Virus record (IMG/VR): IMGVR_UViG_3300042402_003181
Origin: a virus
Length of the DNA: 64,000 nt
Reading direction: 5' to 3' (one strand)
The notes below the pieces were generated by a model. It was not told the DNA's origin, did no database searches, and saw only the letters and a list, made by a program, of their open reading frames with translations. Positions 30,655 through 40,140 of this stretch are shown piece after piece. Position numbers and translations under genes: made by a program. Positions within the stretch are counted from its first letter, which is position 1, and the number at the start of each line of letters is the position of its first letter.

Positions 30655-30686
30655 CAGTTAGAACTTGTATATATGGAGATTATAAT

Positions 30687-33600
30687 ATGGCTCAACTTAG
30701 TTCACCAGGCGTTAGTGTATCTGTTATCGACGAAAGTTTTTACACAGCAGCAGGCGCTGGTACAATACCTTTAATTATTGTTGCTTCGGCTTCGAATAAA
30801 TTAACCGGGTCTGGAACAGGTATTGCTCCAGGCACAATATCAAAAAATGACGGTAAATTATGGTTGCTTACTAGTCAGAAAGATTTATCAGATACTTTTG
30901 GAACCCCGGTTTTCAAAACTGATACAAACAACAACCCAATACATGCTGGCGAGCAAAACGAATATGGTTTGCAAGCTGCATATAGTTATTTAGGTGTAAG
31001 TAATCGTGCATACGTTGCTCGCGCACCTATTGACTTAAATCAGTTAGATGGAAAAACTGCAATTCCGGGCGGACAACCAGAAGATGGAACAATGTGGTTA
31101 GAAACACATAGTACACATTGGGGTGTTTTTGTGTGGAATTCAGATGTATCTACTAATCCATCTGGTCAAACATTTACAAACATTGTTCCTACAGTTATTA
31201 CTGATTCTACCAAAGTAGTAAACTTTTCTGCACGAGATTATGCACCAAAATCAAGTATTGGTTCAGCAGGAACTTATGCAATAGTTGCAGTATCTAGTCT
31301 TACTAAATTATGGTATAAAAAATTCCAAACTCAGACAGCAGCAGGGTTATGGGTAGAAGTAGGGTCAGCTGAGTGGAAAGCTAGTTTCCCGACAGTACAA
31401 TCTACAATAGTTGAAAGTGCATTTGCAAAACCGTTGTATAACTTAGCAACTCCAGTTCAAACACGTAACGGTGATCCAGTTGATGCAATTACTATCAACG
31501 ATATTACGTTTACTGATTTTGACACATTGCAAGACTTGGTTGATAAAATTAATGCAGCTACTGAATTAGTTGATTATTTAGGCGACGTTGCAATTACTGC
31601 AGCAGTAATTAAAAATAAATTAGAACTATATTCAACCGGTATTGACATTGATTTAGCTGGTACACTTGAAGAAACTGCTGAAAAAATTGGGTTGTCTATT
31701 GATCCAGTTACACTTTATAAAGCACCTACGTTGCAAATATCATCACACACACAAGTTCCGTTATTTAAACGTAAAGATTTATCAACTACAAATAATGGTA
31801 GACCAACAGGTTCTGTTTGGATTAAAACTTCAAATGTAAATAGAGGTGCAGACTTTGTTGTAAGTAAATATAATGCAAAAACACAAACATGGGTTAGCAC
31901 AAAATCACCGTTGTATGCAAACGGTCAATCTGCATTAGCTGATCTTGACCCAACTGGTGGTGGTTTAAATTTAGCTGCAAATACATTGTATGTTAAATAT
32001 AATGATCCTGAATCAGTGTATGAAATTCGTAGCGGTAACGACGGTGAAGTTTTGGTTGAATCATCTCCATCATCGGCATCATTCAAATTGTATCGTCGTA
32101 GTGATGTTACTGCAACTGTCATCGAATCAGCACCAATTACTACTACTTTGTTTGCAAGCGGAACATACACATTTAACATTACAGAAAGTTTAATTGGTTC
32201 TACTGAATTATCTAGTCATGATATATCATTTGTGGTTAACGCAGGCGATTCATCTAGTACAATTATTGATACTATATTAGAAGCATTTAACAGCTTATCT
32301 TCTCTATCAAACATCGAAGCTGCACCAGTTGGCGACACTAAAATTAGCATTAGCCATAAAGCAGGTGGTGAACTTTTATTTGTTGACGCACCGCCTTACG
32401 CAATCCGTAAAATGTTTGATCCAACTAATACAACTAATTTCTATCACCAACAAACTAATAGTACGAATGCTGCTAACATGTACATTGCAAGTTTGTGGAC
32501 TGAATACAACATTGATCGGTCTGCATCGTTTGTAGTGTCAAGTGAAAATGCACCATTAGGTAATCCAGTTGATGGTCAATTATGGTATGATGCTAACAGA
32601 GATGATGTTGATATTATGATAAATGACGGGAATAAACGTTGGAAAGCGTATCGTAACTTTGATCACGGTCAAGGTGAAGGTGCAACTGATCCAAAAGGTC
32701 CAATCATTAGCGCAACAAAACCAACATTACAATCTGATAAAACTGCATTAGTAGAAGGTGATTTATGGATTGATTCTTCAGATACTGAAAATTATCCACA
32801 AATTTACAAATACATTAACTTTACTAAACAGTGGGAATTAGTTGACAAAACTGATCAAACTACTGAAAACGGTATTTTATTCGACGATGCAAGATGGAAC
32901 ACAAATGGTGTTTCACCAAATCCATCAACAATTGTTGAATTGTTAGGCGGGTCTGGTTTAAGTGACGAAGCTCGCGTAGCTGCAGATTTCTTAGACTTTG
33001 ATGCTCCAAATCCTGCATTATATCCAAAAGGTATGTTGTTGTGGAACTTGCGTAGAAGCGGATTTAACGTAAAACGTTATGCAAAAAAATATGTTAACAA
33101 ATTAGATCGTAACTTGAGAACCGGTAGCGAATCAATGATTAACTACAACGAAAATGTTTGGGTTAGTGAAGCTGCTAACAATGAAGATGGTTCAGGCGCA
33201 TTTGGCCGTCATGCACAGCGCAAAGTAGTTGTTCAATCTATGCAAGCGTTAGTAAACAAAAACCAAGCAATTCGTGAAGAAGAGTTAAATGTATTCAACT
33301 TAATTGCATGTCCGGGTTATCCAGAATTAGTAGGCGAAATGAAAATTTTAAACTACGATCGCGGAATTACTGCATTTGTTGTTGCTGATACACCTGCTCG
33401 TTTAACAGCAGATGCAACTTCATTAAGCAACTGGGGTAAAAACGTTGCACTAGCAGTTGAGGACAACGATTACGGTTTAGCATCAAGTGACGAATACATG
33501 GCGTTCTTTTATCCATGGGGTTACACAAGTGACAACATTGGAAATAACATTGTAGTTCCGCCAAGTTACATGATCTTACGTACTATTGCATTAAGTGATA

Positions 33601-34148
33601 ATATTAGCTATCCTTGGTTTGCACCTGCGGGTACTTCAAGAGGTGTTATTAATAACGCAACTGCAGTTGGGTATGTTGATGCCGGTGGTGAATTTAAAAC
33701 AGTTGCATTAAATGCCGGTCAACGTGATACATTAGCAGAAGTTAAAGTTAATCCAATTACATTTATTGCAGGTTCTGGATTAGTAAACTTTGGCCAATAT
33801 ACTCGTGCATCAAATGCAAGTTCATTAGATCGTATTAATGTTGCTCGTTTAGTAGTATTTTTACGTAGACAATTTAGTTTGCTAGCTAGACCGTACTTGT
33901 TTGAACCAAACGACGAAGCAACTCGTAAACAAATCAAACATGCTGCTGAAGCTATGTTACTTGAATTGATGGGACAACGTGCATTGTATGACTATGTTGT
34001 AGTATGTGATAGTTCTAATAATACACCTGCAAGAATCGATCGCAGCGAATTGTACCTTGATATCGCAATTGAACCGACAAAAGCAGTGGAATTCATTTAC
34101 ATTCCATTACGTTTGAAAAACACCGGTGAAATTAAAGGTCTTGGATAA
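30687..34148 (+). CDS. gp18: Contractile tail sheath protein (gp18-like), 1153 aa
   Basis: N-terminal L.SPGVSVSVIDES; C-terminal WFAPAG..RG, VNPI.F..G.G...FGQ.T, DRINVARL, IAIEPTKAVEFIYI. Confidence 0.93.
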   Translation: MAQLSSPGVSVSVIDESFYTAAGAGTIPLIIVASASNKLTGSGTGIAPGTISKNDGKLWLLTSQKDLSDTFGTPVFKTDTNNNPIHAGEQNEYGLQAAYSYLGVSNRAYVARAPIDLNQLDGKTAIPGGQPEDGTMWLETHSTHWGVFVWNSDVSTNPSGQTFTNIVPTVITDSTKVVNFSARDYAPKSSIGSAGTYAIVAVSSLTKLWYKKFQTQTAAGLWVEVGSAEWKASFPTVQSTIVESAFAKPLYNLATPVQTRNGDPVDAITINDITFTDFDTLQDLVDKINAATELVDYLGDVAITAAVIKNKLELYSTGIDIDLAGTLEETAEKIGLSIDPVTLYKAPTLQISSHTQVPLFKRKDLSTTNNGRPTGSVWIKTSNVNRGADFVVSKYNAKTQTWVSTKSPLYANGQSALADLDPTGGGLNLAANTLYVKYNDPESVYEIRSGNDGEVLVESSPSSASFKLYRRSDVTATVIESAPITTTLFASGTYTFNITESLIGSTELSSHDISFVVNAGDSSSTIIDTILEAFNSLSSLSNIEAAPVGDTKISISHKAGGELLFVDAPPYAIRKMFDPTNTTNFYHQQTNSTNAANMYIASLWTEYNIDRSASFVVSSENAPLGNPVDGQLWYDANRDDVDIMINDGNKRWKAYRNFDHGQGEGATDPKGPIISATKPTLQSDKTALVEGDLWIDSSDTENYPQIYKYINFTKQWELVDKTDQTTENGILFDDARWNTNGVSPNPSTIVELLGGSGLSDEARVAADFLDFDAPNPALYPKGMLLWNLRRSGFNVKRYAKKYVNKLDRNLRTGSESMINYNENVWVSEAANNEDGSGAFGRHAQRKVVVQSMQALVNKNQAIREEELNVFNLIACPGYPELVGEMKILNYDRGITAFVVADTPARLTADATSLSNWGKNVALAVEDNDYGLASSDEYMAFFYPWGYTSDNIGNNIVVPPSYMILRTIALSDNISYPWFAPAGTSRGVINNATAVGYVDAGGEFKTVALNAGQRDTLAEVKVNPITFIAGSGLVNFGQYTRASNASSLDRINVARLVVFLRRQFSLLARPYLFEPNDEATRKQIKHAAEAMLLELMGQRALYDYVVVCDSSNNTPARIDRSELYLDIAIEPTKAVEFIYIPLRLKNTGEIKGLG

Positions 34149-34161
34149 ACGGAGAAAATAA

Positions 34162-34794
34162 ATGTCAATTGCATCATTATCAAACTTTTCAGTTCCAATT
34201 AATGGGAGTGATAATACAGGCTTATTAATGCCTAAACTTAAATATAGATTCAAAGTATCTTTTGACGGCTTAGGCGTGTCTCAAGATACTACTGAGTTGA
34301 CAAAACAAATTGTAAAAGCTGCAAGACCACAAGTTGAATTTGAAAACAAAGTAATCGAAGTTTACAACAGTAAAATTAACTATGCAGGGAAACCTACATG
34401 GAAACCAATTTCGATTAACATACGTGACGATTCATCAGGTGTTGTTAACAAAGTTATTGGCGAACAAAATCAGAAACAATTTGACTTTTTTGAACAAAGT
34501 TCAGCTGCTGCTGCAGGTGATTATAAATTCAAAATGACCATTAGTGTTTTAGATGGTGGTAACGCAGGTAACTTTACAGAAGCTAACATCTTAGAAACTT
34601 GGGAATGTTACGGTTGTTATTTGCAATCAAGTAACTTTAACGAGTTAATTTATTCTGATGCTGGCGCAGTAGAAATTACAATTTCTGTACAACCAGATAA
34701 CTGTATTCAAACTGCAGGTGGTGCTATCGGTGATCCAAACACTGCGCGTGTTCCCGGAACAAGCCTTATGGGCGGTGGTGGCAGCGGTACTTAA
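34162..34794 (+). CDS. gp19: Tail tube protein (gp19-like)
   Basis: Directly after sheath; PKLKYRFKVSF, RPQVEF, YAGKPTWKPISINIRDD, W...GC. Confidence 0.85.
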   Translation: MSIASLSNFSVPINGSDNTGLLMPKLKYRFKVSFDGLGVSQDTTELTKQIVKAARPQVEFENKVIEVYNSKINYAGKPTWKPISINIRDDSSGVVNKVIGEQNQKQFDFFEQSSAAAAGDYKFKMTISVLDGGNAGNFTEANILETWECYGCYLQSSNFNELIYSDAGAVEITISVQPDNCIQTAGGAIGDPNTARVPGTSLMGGGGSGT

Positions 34795-34807
34795 TAAGCA
34801 ACCAATT

Positions 34808-34834
34808 AAAAAGCCCGTGCAAACGGGCTTTTTT
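34808..34834 (+). terminator. Rho-independent terminator after tail tube gene
   Basis: aaaaa-gcccgt-gcaa-acgggc-tttttt. Confidence 0.88.
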
Positions 34835-34869
34835 ATGACTAGTATATTAAGTATGCAGTTTATCAAATA

Positions 34870-34877
34870 GATAAATA
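34870..34877 (+). promoter_or_regulatory. Late promoter GATAAATA, 5 nt before ATG 34883
   Basis: GATAAATA-tatgt-ATG with no RBS. Confidence 0.65.
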
Positions 34878-34882
34878 TATGT

Positions 34883-35902
34883 ATGTCATTCATCGAAACC
34901 AAATACTTAACAGCCGATCCTGTTGAACAGATCAGATGCCAGCAACATGCATCACGGACGTTTGTTGACGACCAGTTCAGATTATTACCTAAAAACAAGT
35001 TCTTATTCCATGTTGCATTTAATATCAACTGGCCTGCACTTTCGGCTAAGAATATTAATATAAAAGTATTAAAAACATTAAAAGAAGAAATAAATCTGTT
35101 AGTTAAATCTGCAGATTTGCCTGGGTATACTGTTAGTTCAGAAGTACTTAATCAGTATAACCGAAAAAAAGTAGTCCAATATCAACATAAGTATAATGAT
35201 GTTAACATTTTATTTCATGACGATAATATGGGATTAATAAACCAAGTTTGGCAAGCATACTATCGATATCATTATGCTGATCCGTCGGTTGCAACAGCAA
35301 AGGGCGCATATAGTAAAAATGCTACAAAAGCATCGTCGGCTATAACTAGTCCATATGGTTACAACGGTCGAGTTGCTCCGTTCTTTAATTACATCACTAT
35401 ATATCAAATGGCTAGACATGAATATGTTAGTTATAGATTAGTTAATCCAATTATCGTAGGTTGGATGGGTAATAAATTAGAATATTCTCAAAATATAGCA
35501 CACAATTTTGATATGAAAATTGCATACGAAGCAGTGCATTACGATACTGGGTTTGTTGATAGTGGACAGATGGAAGGGTTTGGTGCAGTTCATTATGATT
35601 GGGTTCCGTCACCATTAACTTCAGAATACCCTCGCAACCTTAGTACGTCACCTACTTTTAGTAGATCGCCTGGGTTTTCAGCATCTACTGATAATGTAGC
35701 GGCTACTAATGTTGTTAAAACTACAGCAACTACAGCAGTAAATCCTACGTTATATCAAAATGTAGCAACTAATACTAATGGTGTTAATGTGCCACAGACT
35801 GGGTCAACTGCAACTACTGCAACTCAAACAAATACTACAACTACTGTTGCACCAACAACTACACCAACAGGAAGATCTCCGGGGTATGCAAACGTTATAT
35901 GA
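34883..35902 (+). CDS. Tube-fold baseplate/tail-tube initiator protein (gp54/gp48-like)
   Basis: VKSADLPGY...LNQYNRKK.VQ....Y..V.I.FHDD and F..I.IYQ...Y.LVNP.I pattern of tube-fold paralogues; T/S-rich tail. Confidence 0.65.
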   Translation: MSFIETKYLTADPVEQIRCQQHASRTFVDDQFRLLPKNKFLFHVAFNINWPALSAKNINIKVLKTLKEEINLLVKSADLPGYTVSSEVLNQYNRKKVVQYQHKYNDVNILFHDDNMGLINQVWQAYYRYHYADPSVATAKGAYSKNATKASSAITSPYGYNGRVAPFFNYITIYQMARHEYVSYRLVNPIIVGWMGNKLEYSQNIAHNFDMKIAYEAVHYDTGFVDSGQMEGFGAVHYDWVPSPLTSEYPRNLSTSPTFSRSPGFSASTDNVAATNVVKTTATTAVNPTLYQNVATNTNGVNVPQTGSTATTATQTNTTTTVAPTTTPTGRSPGYANVI

Positions 35903-36261
35903 TTACAAATTTACCATTAGACACTACTAAAGAAATAGAAATTAAACAATTCTTTGATAGGTACTATCAAACAGAAGTTACGTTTCCTGCAGGGGAAATC
36001 GATGCAGTTGTTGGCTTTTTCCAACGCAGAGATTTTGATATAACTAGTGCAAGAACTACTGCGATTGTGTTATTAAACCAAGCAAGGCTTGATAATGTAA
36101 ACGTATTTGAGTTACTTGATACACTTAAATCATTTCCGGCACTTCAACTAAATCAGATTGTAGCACAGGTTATTAATGCATACCGACAAAAGACAAGTTT
36201 AATTGGTTTTCGAATTGCAGTACCTGAAAATACTTATGAAATAAGAAATGTATTAGTATGA
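35899..36261 (+). CDS. Hypothetical protein (120 aa)
   Basis: ORF coupled by ATGA overlaps on both sides. Confidence 0.7.
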   Translation: MITNLPLDTTKEIEIKQFFDRYYQTEVTFPAGEIDAVVGFFQRRDFDITSARTTAIVLLNQARLDNVNVFELLDTLKSFPALQLNQIVAQVINAYRQKTSLIGFRIAVPENTYEIRNVLV

Positions 36262-36698
36262 GTAGTCGTAAATTTGCTAAAGGTAAATATACTCCGAAGA
36301 ATCCAGGAAAATATGTAGGAACTAAAATTCCATACTATCGAAGTTCTTGGGAAATGAGCTTTATGCAAATGTGTGACACTAATCCTGCTATACAAAAGTG
36401 GGCAAGTGAAGCAATAACTATACCATATAGAGATCCATTAACTAATCGTAACACAATCTATCTCCCAGATTTCTTTATTCAATATGTAGATAAAAATCAT
36501 ATAATACACAACGAAGTAATTGAAATAAAACCTGCAAGCCAGCATATTTTAGAACGAGTTGGTAAAAACAGATACAATCAAGCACAATATATCAAAAATC
36601 AAGCCAAGTGGGCTGCAGCAATGATATATTGCAAACAACATGGATTAGTATTTAGAGTTATAAATGAAAATGATATTTTTCATAACGGTTCTAAATAA
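36258..36698 (+). CDS. gp4: Head completion nuclease, T4 gp4-like (TnsA-like fold)
   Basis: PKNPGKYVG...YRSSWE..FM..CD..P.I..WASE...IPY...Y.PDF...EIKP...NQAKW.AA motif set. Confidence 0.9.
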   Translation: MSSRKFAKGKYTPKNPGKYVGTKIPYYRSSWEMSFMQMCDTNPAIQKWASEAITIPYRDPLTNRNTIYLPDFFIQYVDKNHIIHNEVIEIKPASQHILERVGKNRYNQAQYIKNQAKWAAAMIYCKQHGLVFRVINENDIFHNGSK

Positions 36699-36728
36699 CT
36701 TAAATAGTATACTATATGAGGATAATTC

Positions 36729-37208
36729 ATGACACGCAAATTGGAAGAGCTCCTAAATTTACCAGAAAGTAAGACTATTATAAAAGAAGCCGACGCACCC
36801 CCACCTCCAGCAACTGCAGTACCATTATTTAGAGACATTGATGAGTTTGATAAAATTTCAGCAGCCTTACCACAAGTAAAAGGATTAGGTGATGTAAGTG
36901 ACTCAGAATTTGATGCGTTAGCACAACGTGCAACTGATGCATATGACGACTTAATGGATTTAGGTATGAACGTTGAAGCTCGATATAGTGGTCGGGTTTT
37001 TGAAGTAGCAGCAAGTATGCTTAAAAATGCAATTGATGCTAAATCAGCAAAAATTGATAAAAAACTTAAAATGATCGAACTTCAACTTAAAAAACAAAAG
37101 ATGGATAACGATAGCCATCCGGAAGACAACGGCGTTAATATTTCAGGCGAAGGATTTATTGTTACAGACCGTAATAGTCTTATCGAAAAATTAAAGAATA
37201 TGAAATAA
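36729..37208 (+). CDS. Putative terminase small subunit
   Basis: Helical protein (DLMDLGMNVEARYSGRVFEVAA.MLK..ID.K) upstream of terL with C-terminal ...TDRNSLIEKLK; similarity to gp16-like proteins judged by eye. Confidence 0.5.
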   Translation: MTRKLEELLNLPESKTIIKEADAPPPPATAVPLFRDIDEFDKISAALPQVKGLGDVSDSEFDALAQRATDAYDDLMDLGMNVEARYSGRVFEVAASMLKNAIDAKSAKIDKKLKMIELQLKKQKMDNDSHPEDNGVNISGEGFIVTDRNSLIEKLKNMK

Positions 37209-37229
37209 ATATAATATCAAGGATACATT

Positions 37230-37853
37230 ATGAAATCATTTAGACAATATTTATTAGAATCAAAACAAGTGTACGAGTTTAAAATTAAAGTCGTTGAAGA
37301 ACTTGATGATTCAAAAATTAGTAAACTTAAAGGTGCTTTAGAAAGATTTACTGTAGAATCATTCTCTACAGGATCACGCACACCTATTCAGGAAACACAA
37401 GTTGACTTTCCTGATCACAAAAATATTGGCACTACAACATATGATGTAGTACTAACTTATCCTGCAACTAGTTTTCAAATAAGACAAATTGCAGCAGACT
37501 CATTAGGATTACATGAAAGCTGTATTAGAGTTCGTAATCTTAAAGAACAAGAAGAACAAGATCTTAATCATGCATATGATAACAAATCAGGCGAATCAAT
37601 ATTAGGTAAAGATTACGATAAAGAATGTAATCAAAACTTAGTTGGAGAGGCACAAAAAATGGCGTTGTTAAAAGAACTTGGAAAAGTTAAGCATCAAGGT
37701 GATCAATATAAAGGCGTTAACGACAAACTATTAGCAAAAAAAGCACCTGTTGATAAATCAGCAACTGTTAAAGTTGATAAAAAATCTAGCTCATCAAGTG
37801 TACTTGGTTCTAGAAGCGTTACATTGCCAACTTCTAAATTAGGGAAATTTTAA
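37230..37853 (+). CDS. Hypothetical protein, probable prohead/head-internal (N-terminus MKSFRQYLLE)
   Basis: AATAAATA and AAGGA upstream; N-terminus resembles T4 capsid-targeting sequences. Confidence 0.6.
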   Translation: MKSFRQYLLESKQVYEFKIKVVEELDDSKISKLKGALERFTVESFSTGSRTPIQETQVDFPDHKNIGTTTYDVVLTYPATSFQIRQIAADSLGLHESCIRVRNLKEQEEQDLNHAYDNKSGESILGKDYDKECNQNLVGEAQKMALLKELGKVKHQGDQYKGVNDKLLAKKAPVDKSATVKVDKKSSSSSVLGSRSVTLPTSKLGKF

Positions 37854-38329
37854 TGGATTTTAAAAAGTTAATGCAAACAATGCAAGACATTGATGAAGGG
37901 TGTGATCCTTCTATTCAAGAATGCGGCGATATGCCGGCAGCTATTATTCAAGGTGGACCTCCTCCTGAAGAATCATTAAACATGAACGTTACTATTAATA
38001 GTAAAGGTGCAGACGGCATTCGCGATTTAATGAATATATTAAAAGGCATTGGCGGAGATTCAGATACTGAACCTAAAGACATGCCAGATAATTCCGACGA
38101 TGCAGAAATTGTAATCGGTGATAGTTTTAAAAATTCTATACCCGGTGATCAAGGATCAAAAGTGTTTGATAGAGACGCAGTAATTTTTACTGGTGATGAT
38201 TTAGCAAGCAAAAAAGGCGGCGCTCTAAAAACAAATGGTGGAGAAAATCCACAACGTAATCATTTTCATGAATCATTAGTTACTAACTTGTTTTCGTTAT
38301 ATGAAGATGTAAAATCTCGAAAACACTAA
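37853..38329 (+). CDS. Hypothetical acidic protein, probable head-associated
   Basis: TAATG coupling; followed by terminator. Confidence 0.6.
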   Translation: MDFKKLMQTMQDIDEGCDPSIQECGDMPAAIIQGGPPPEESLNMNVTINSKGADGIRDLMNILKGIGGDSDTEPKDMPDNSDDAEIVIGDSFKNSIPGDQGSKVFDRDAVIFTGDDLASKKGGALKTNGGENPQRNHFHESLVTNLFSLYEDVKSRKH

Positions 38330-38351
38330 CAGCTACTTATAATATAATCAT

Positions 38352-38379
38352 AAAGCGGACATATTGTCCGCTTTTTTTT
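38352..38379 (+). terminator. Rho-independent terminator
   Basis: aaa-gcggaca-tat-tgtccgc-tttttttt. Confidence 0.85.
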
Positions 38380-38407
38380 GTAAATACATAATACAAAAAG
38401 GATTATT

Positions 38408-39334
38408 ATGGGTAAAAGTCTTGACGGTGTTTTAACAAAAAAAGCACATAAAACTGAACGATTTGAAGAACAACAGATTATTGATTTACAAATGTGCTCT
38501 GATCCAGCAGTTGGGTATCTTTATTTCTCAAGACACTTCTTTCACATTCAGCATTCAGTAAAAGGTAAATTATTATTTGAACCATTTGATTATCAAGTTA
38601 ACTTGTTAAATTGTTATCATGCACATCGGTTTAATATTAATATGTTACCTCGCCAAAGTGGTAAAACAACCTGTGCATCTGCGTACTTGTTATGGTTTGC
38701 AATGTTTCATCCAGATCAAACTATTCTAATTGCAGCGCACAAATATACTGGTGCTCAAGAGATTATGCAACGTATACGATACGGATACGAACTATGTCCG
38801 GACTTCTTACGTGCAGGGGTAGTAAGTTATAATAAAGGGTCTATGGAGTTTGATAACGGTTCTCGTATTGTAAGTCAAACTACTACTGGTACTACAGGAC
38901 GAGGTATGTCTATTTCGTTATTGTATTGCGATGAGTTTGCGTTCTTACAACCTAACATTGCTGAAGAATTTTGGACTTCTATATCACCCACACTAGCAAC
39001 TGGTGGACGTTGTATTATTACATCTACACCAAATAGTGACGAAGATCAATTTGCTACTATATGGAAAGAAAGTCAACAGTTTTTTGACGAGTTTGGCAAT
39101 GAGAAAGCAGACAAAGTTGGCATTAACGGTTTTTCTGGATTTAGATCAGATTGGTGGGATCATCCAGATCGTGACGATGCATGGAAACAAGAAGAGCTTG
39201 GTCGTATAGGTGAGGAAAAATTTAGACGTGAATACGGTTGTATTGTGCATGATTCAGTTGTAACTGTTAAATGGCCATCTGGAAAAATTGAAAAACTAAC
39301 AATGGGCGATATTATGCGATTATTAAGTTCATAG
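38408..39334 (+). CDS. gp17: Terminase large subunit N-terminal (ATPase) part fused to a 31-aa N-intein
   Basis: PRQSGKTT Walker A, GRGMSISLLYCDEFAF Walker B, ITSTPN motif III; ends FRREYG|CIVHDSVVTV...stop. Confidence 0.93.
   Translation: MGKSLDGVLTKKAHKTERFEEQQIIDLQMCSDPAVGYLYFSRHFFHIQHSVKGKLLFEPFDYQVNLLNCYHAHRFNINMLPRQSGKTTCASAYLLWFAMFHPDQTILIAAHKYTGAQEIMQRIRYGYELCPDFLRAGVVSYNKGSMEFDNGSRIVSQTTTGTTGRGMSISLLYCDEFAFLQPNIAEEFWTSISPTLATGGRCIITSTPNSDEDQFATIWKESQQFFDEFGNEKADKVGINGFSGFRSDWWDHPDRDDAWKQEELGRIGEEKFRREYGCIVHDSVVTVKWPSGKIEKLTMGDIMRLLSS
39239..39331 (+). mobile_element. Split intein N-fragment (31 aa, Cys1 at 39239)
   Basis: CIVHDSVVTVKWPSGKIEKLTMGDIMRLLSS fits intein block A (C..g.t.V.....G...i.dl) and is followed by TAG. 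Confidence 0.85.
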
Positions 39335-39347
39335 TATATGACGAAAT

Positions 39348-39355
39348 GATAAATA
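39348..39355 (+). promoter_or_regulatory. Late promoter GATAAATA for the homing endonuclease
   Basis: GATAAATA-ctagc-ATG(39361). Confidence 0.6.
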
Positions 39356-39360
39356 CTAGC

Positions 39361-40140
39361 ATGTATTATGTATATATTTATAAAACCCCAATTAACATCA
39401 CAGTAAGTTATATGAGTATTTTAGCAAATCAACCGTTTTATATTGGGAAGGGCCACGGTAGGCGATATAAAGATCATTTATCAGAAACTGCAGAAACTAC
39501 GTGTAATCATTTAAAAGTTGCGGTAATTTCTAGATTAGTCGCGCAAAATCTAACTCCGGTTATAGAAATGTATCAAACTGAGTTAACAGATGCTGCAGCA
39601 AAGGCTCTTGAAACTGATCTGATTAACCAGTACGGCCGATTAATTGATCATGCCGGCCCGTTAACAAATAAAACACTAGGCGGAGATGGGTGTACTGGAT
39701 TTAAACATACTGAAGAAACCAAACAATTAATGAGTATTCAGAGAAAAGGAACTATTCCATATAATAAAGGTATCGCTCGTCCAGGAATTGGTGGACGTAC
39801 ATTAGGTACTAAATGGTCTGAATCTGAAAGAGAAACTCAACTGTTAGTTAGAAGCCAACCAGGTTATTATGAGTTTAACAAATGTCCTATAAGAGCAAAA
39901 AAAATAAGTGACTCCAAAAAAGGAAAACCTGGATCAGCAAAAGACAAACAATGGTTTAATAATGGAGTTATTGAGACCTATAAAGATATATGCCCTGACG
40001 GATTTGTTAAGGGAAGACTTCCTAGATTACAAATATCAAAGAGAGGCATGTGTTGGTATAATAATGGAGTAATTAACAAACAATTTAAAGAAGGAACAGA
40101 ACTTGATGGATTTACACGCGGAAGAATTAATAAAAAATAA
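39361..40140 (+). CDS. Free-standing GIY-YIG homing endonuclease with NUMOD3-like and C-terminal WxNNG repeats
   Basis: YYVYIY...PFYIGKG..RR...H...E..LI...G...L.N; GFKHTEETKQLMS (NUMOD3-like); two W(F/Y)NNG...DGF..GR repeats. Likely start at 39361 rather than 39346. Confidence 0.85.
   Translation: MYYVYIYKTPINITVSYMSILANQPFYIGKGHGRRYKDHLSETAETTCNHLKVAVISRLVAQNLTPVIEMYQTELTDAAAKALETDLINQYGRLIDHAGPLTNKTLGGDGCTGFKHTEETKQLMSIQRKGTIPYNKGIARPGIGGRTLGTKWSESERETQLLVRSQPGYYEFNKCPIRAKKISDSKKGKPGSAKDKQWFNNGVIETYKDICPDGFVKGRLPRLQISKRGMCWYNNGVINKQFKEGTELDGFTRGRINKK

Noticed and set aside
39335-40105. Group I intron interrupting terL
   Set aside because: Only 11-26 nt lie between the TerL-N stop and the endonuclease start, and the endonuclease overlaps the downstream ORF, leaving no room for a ribozyme core; intein motifs on both sides explain the break.
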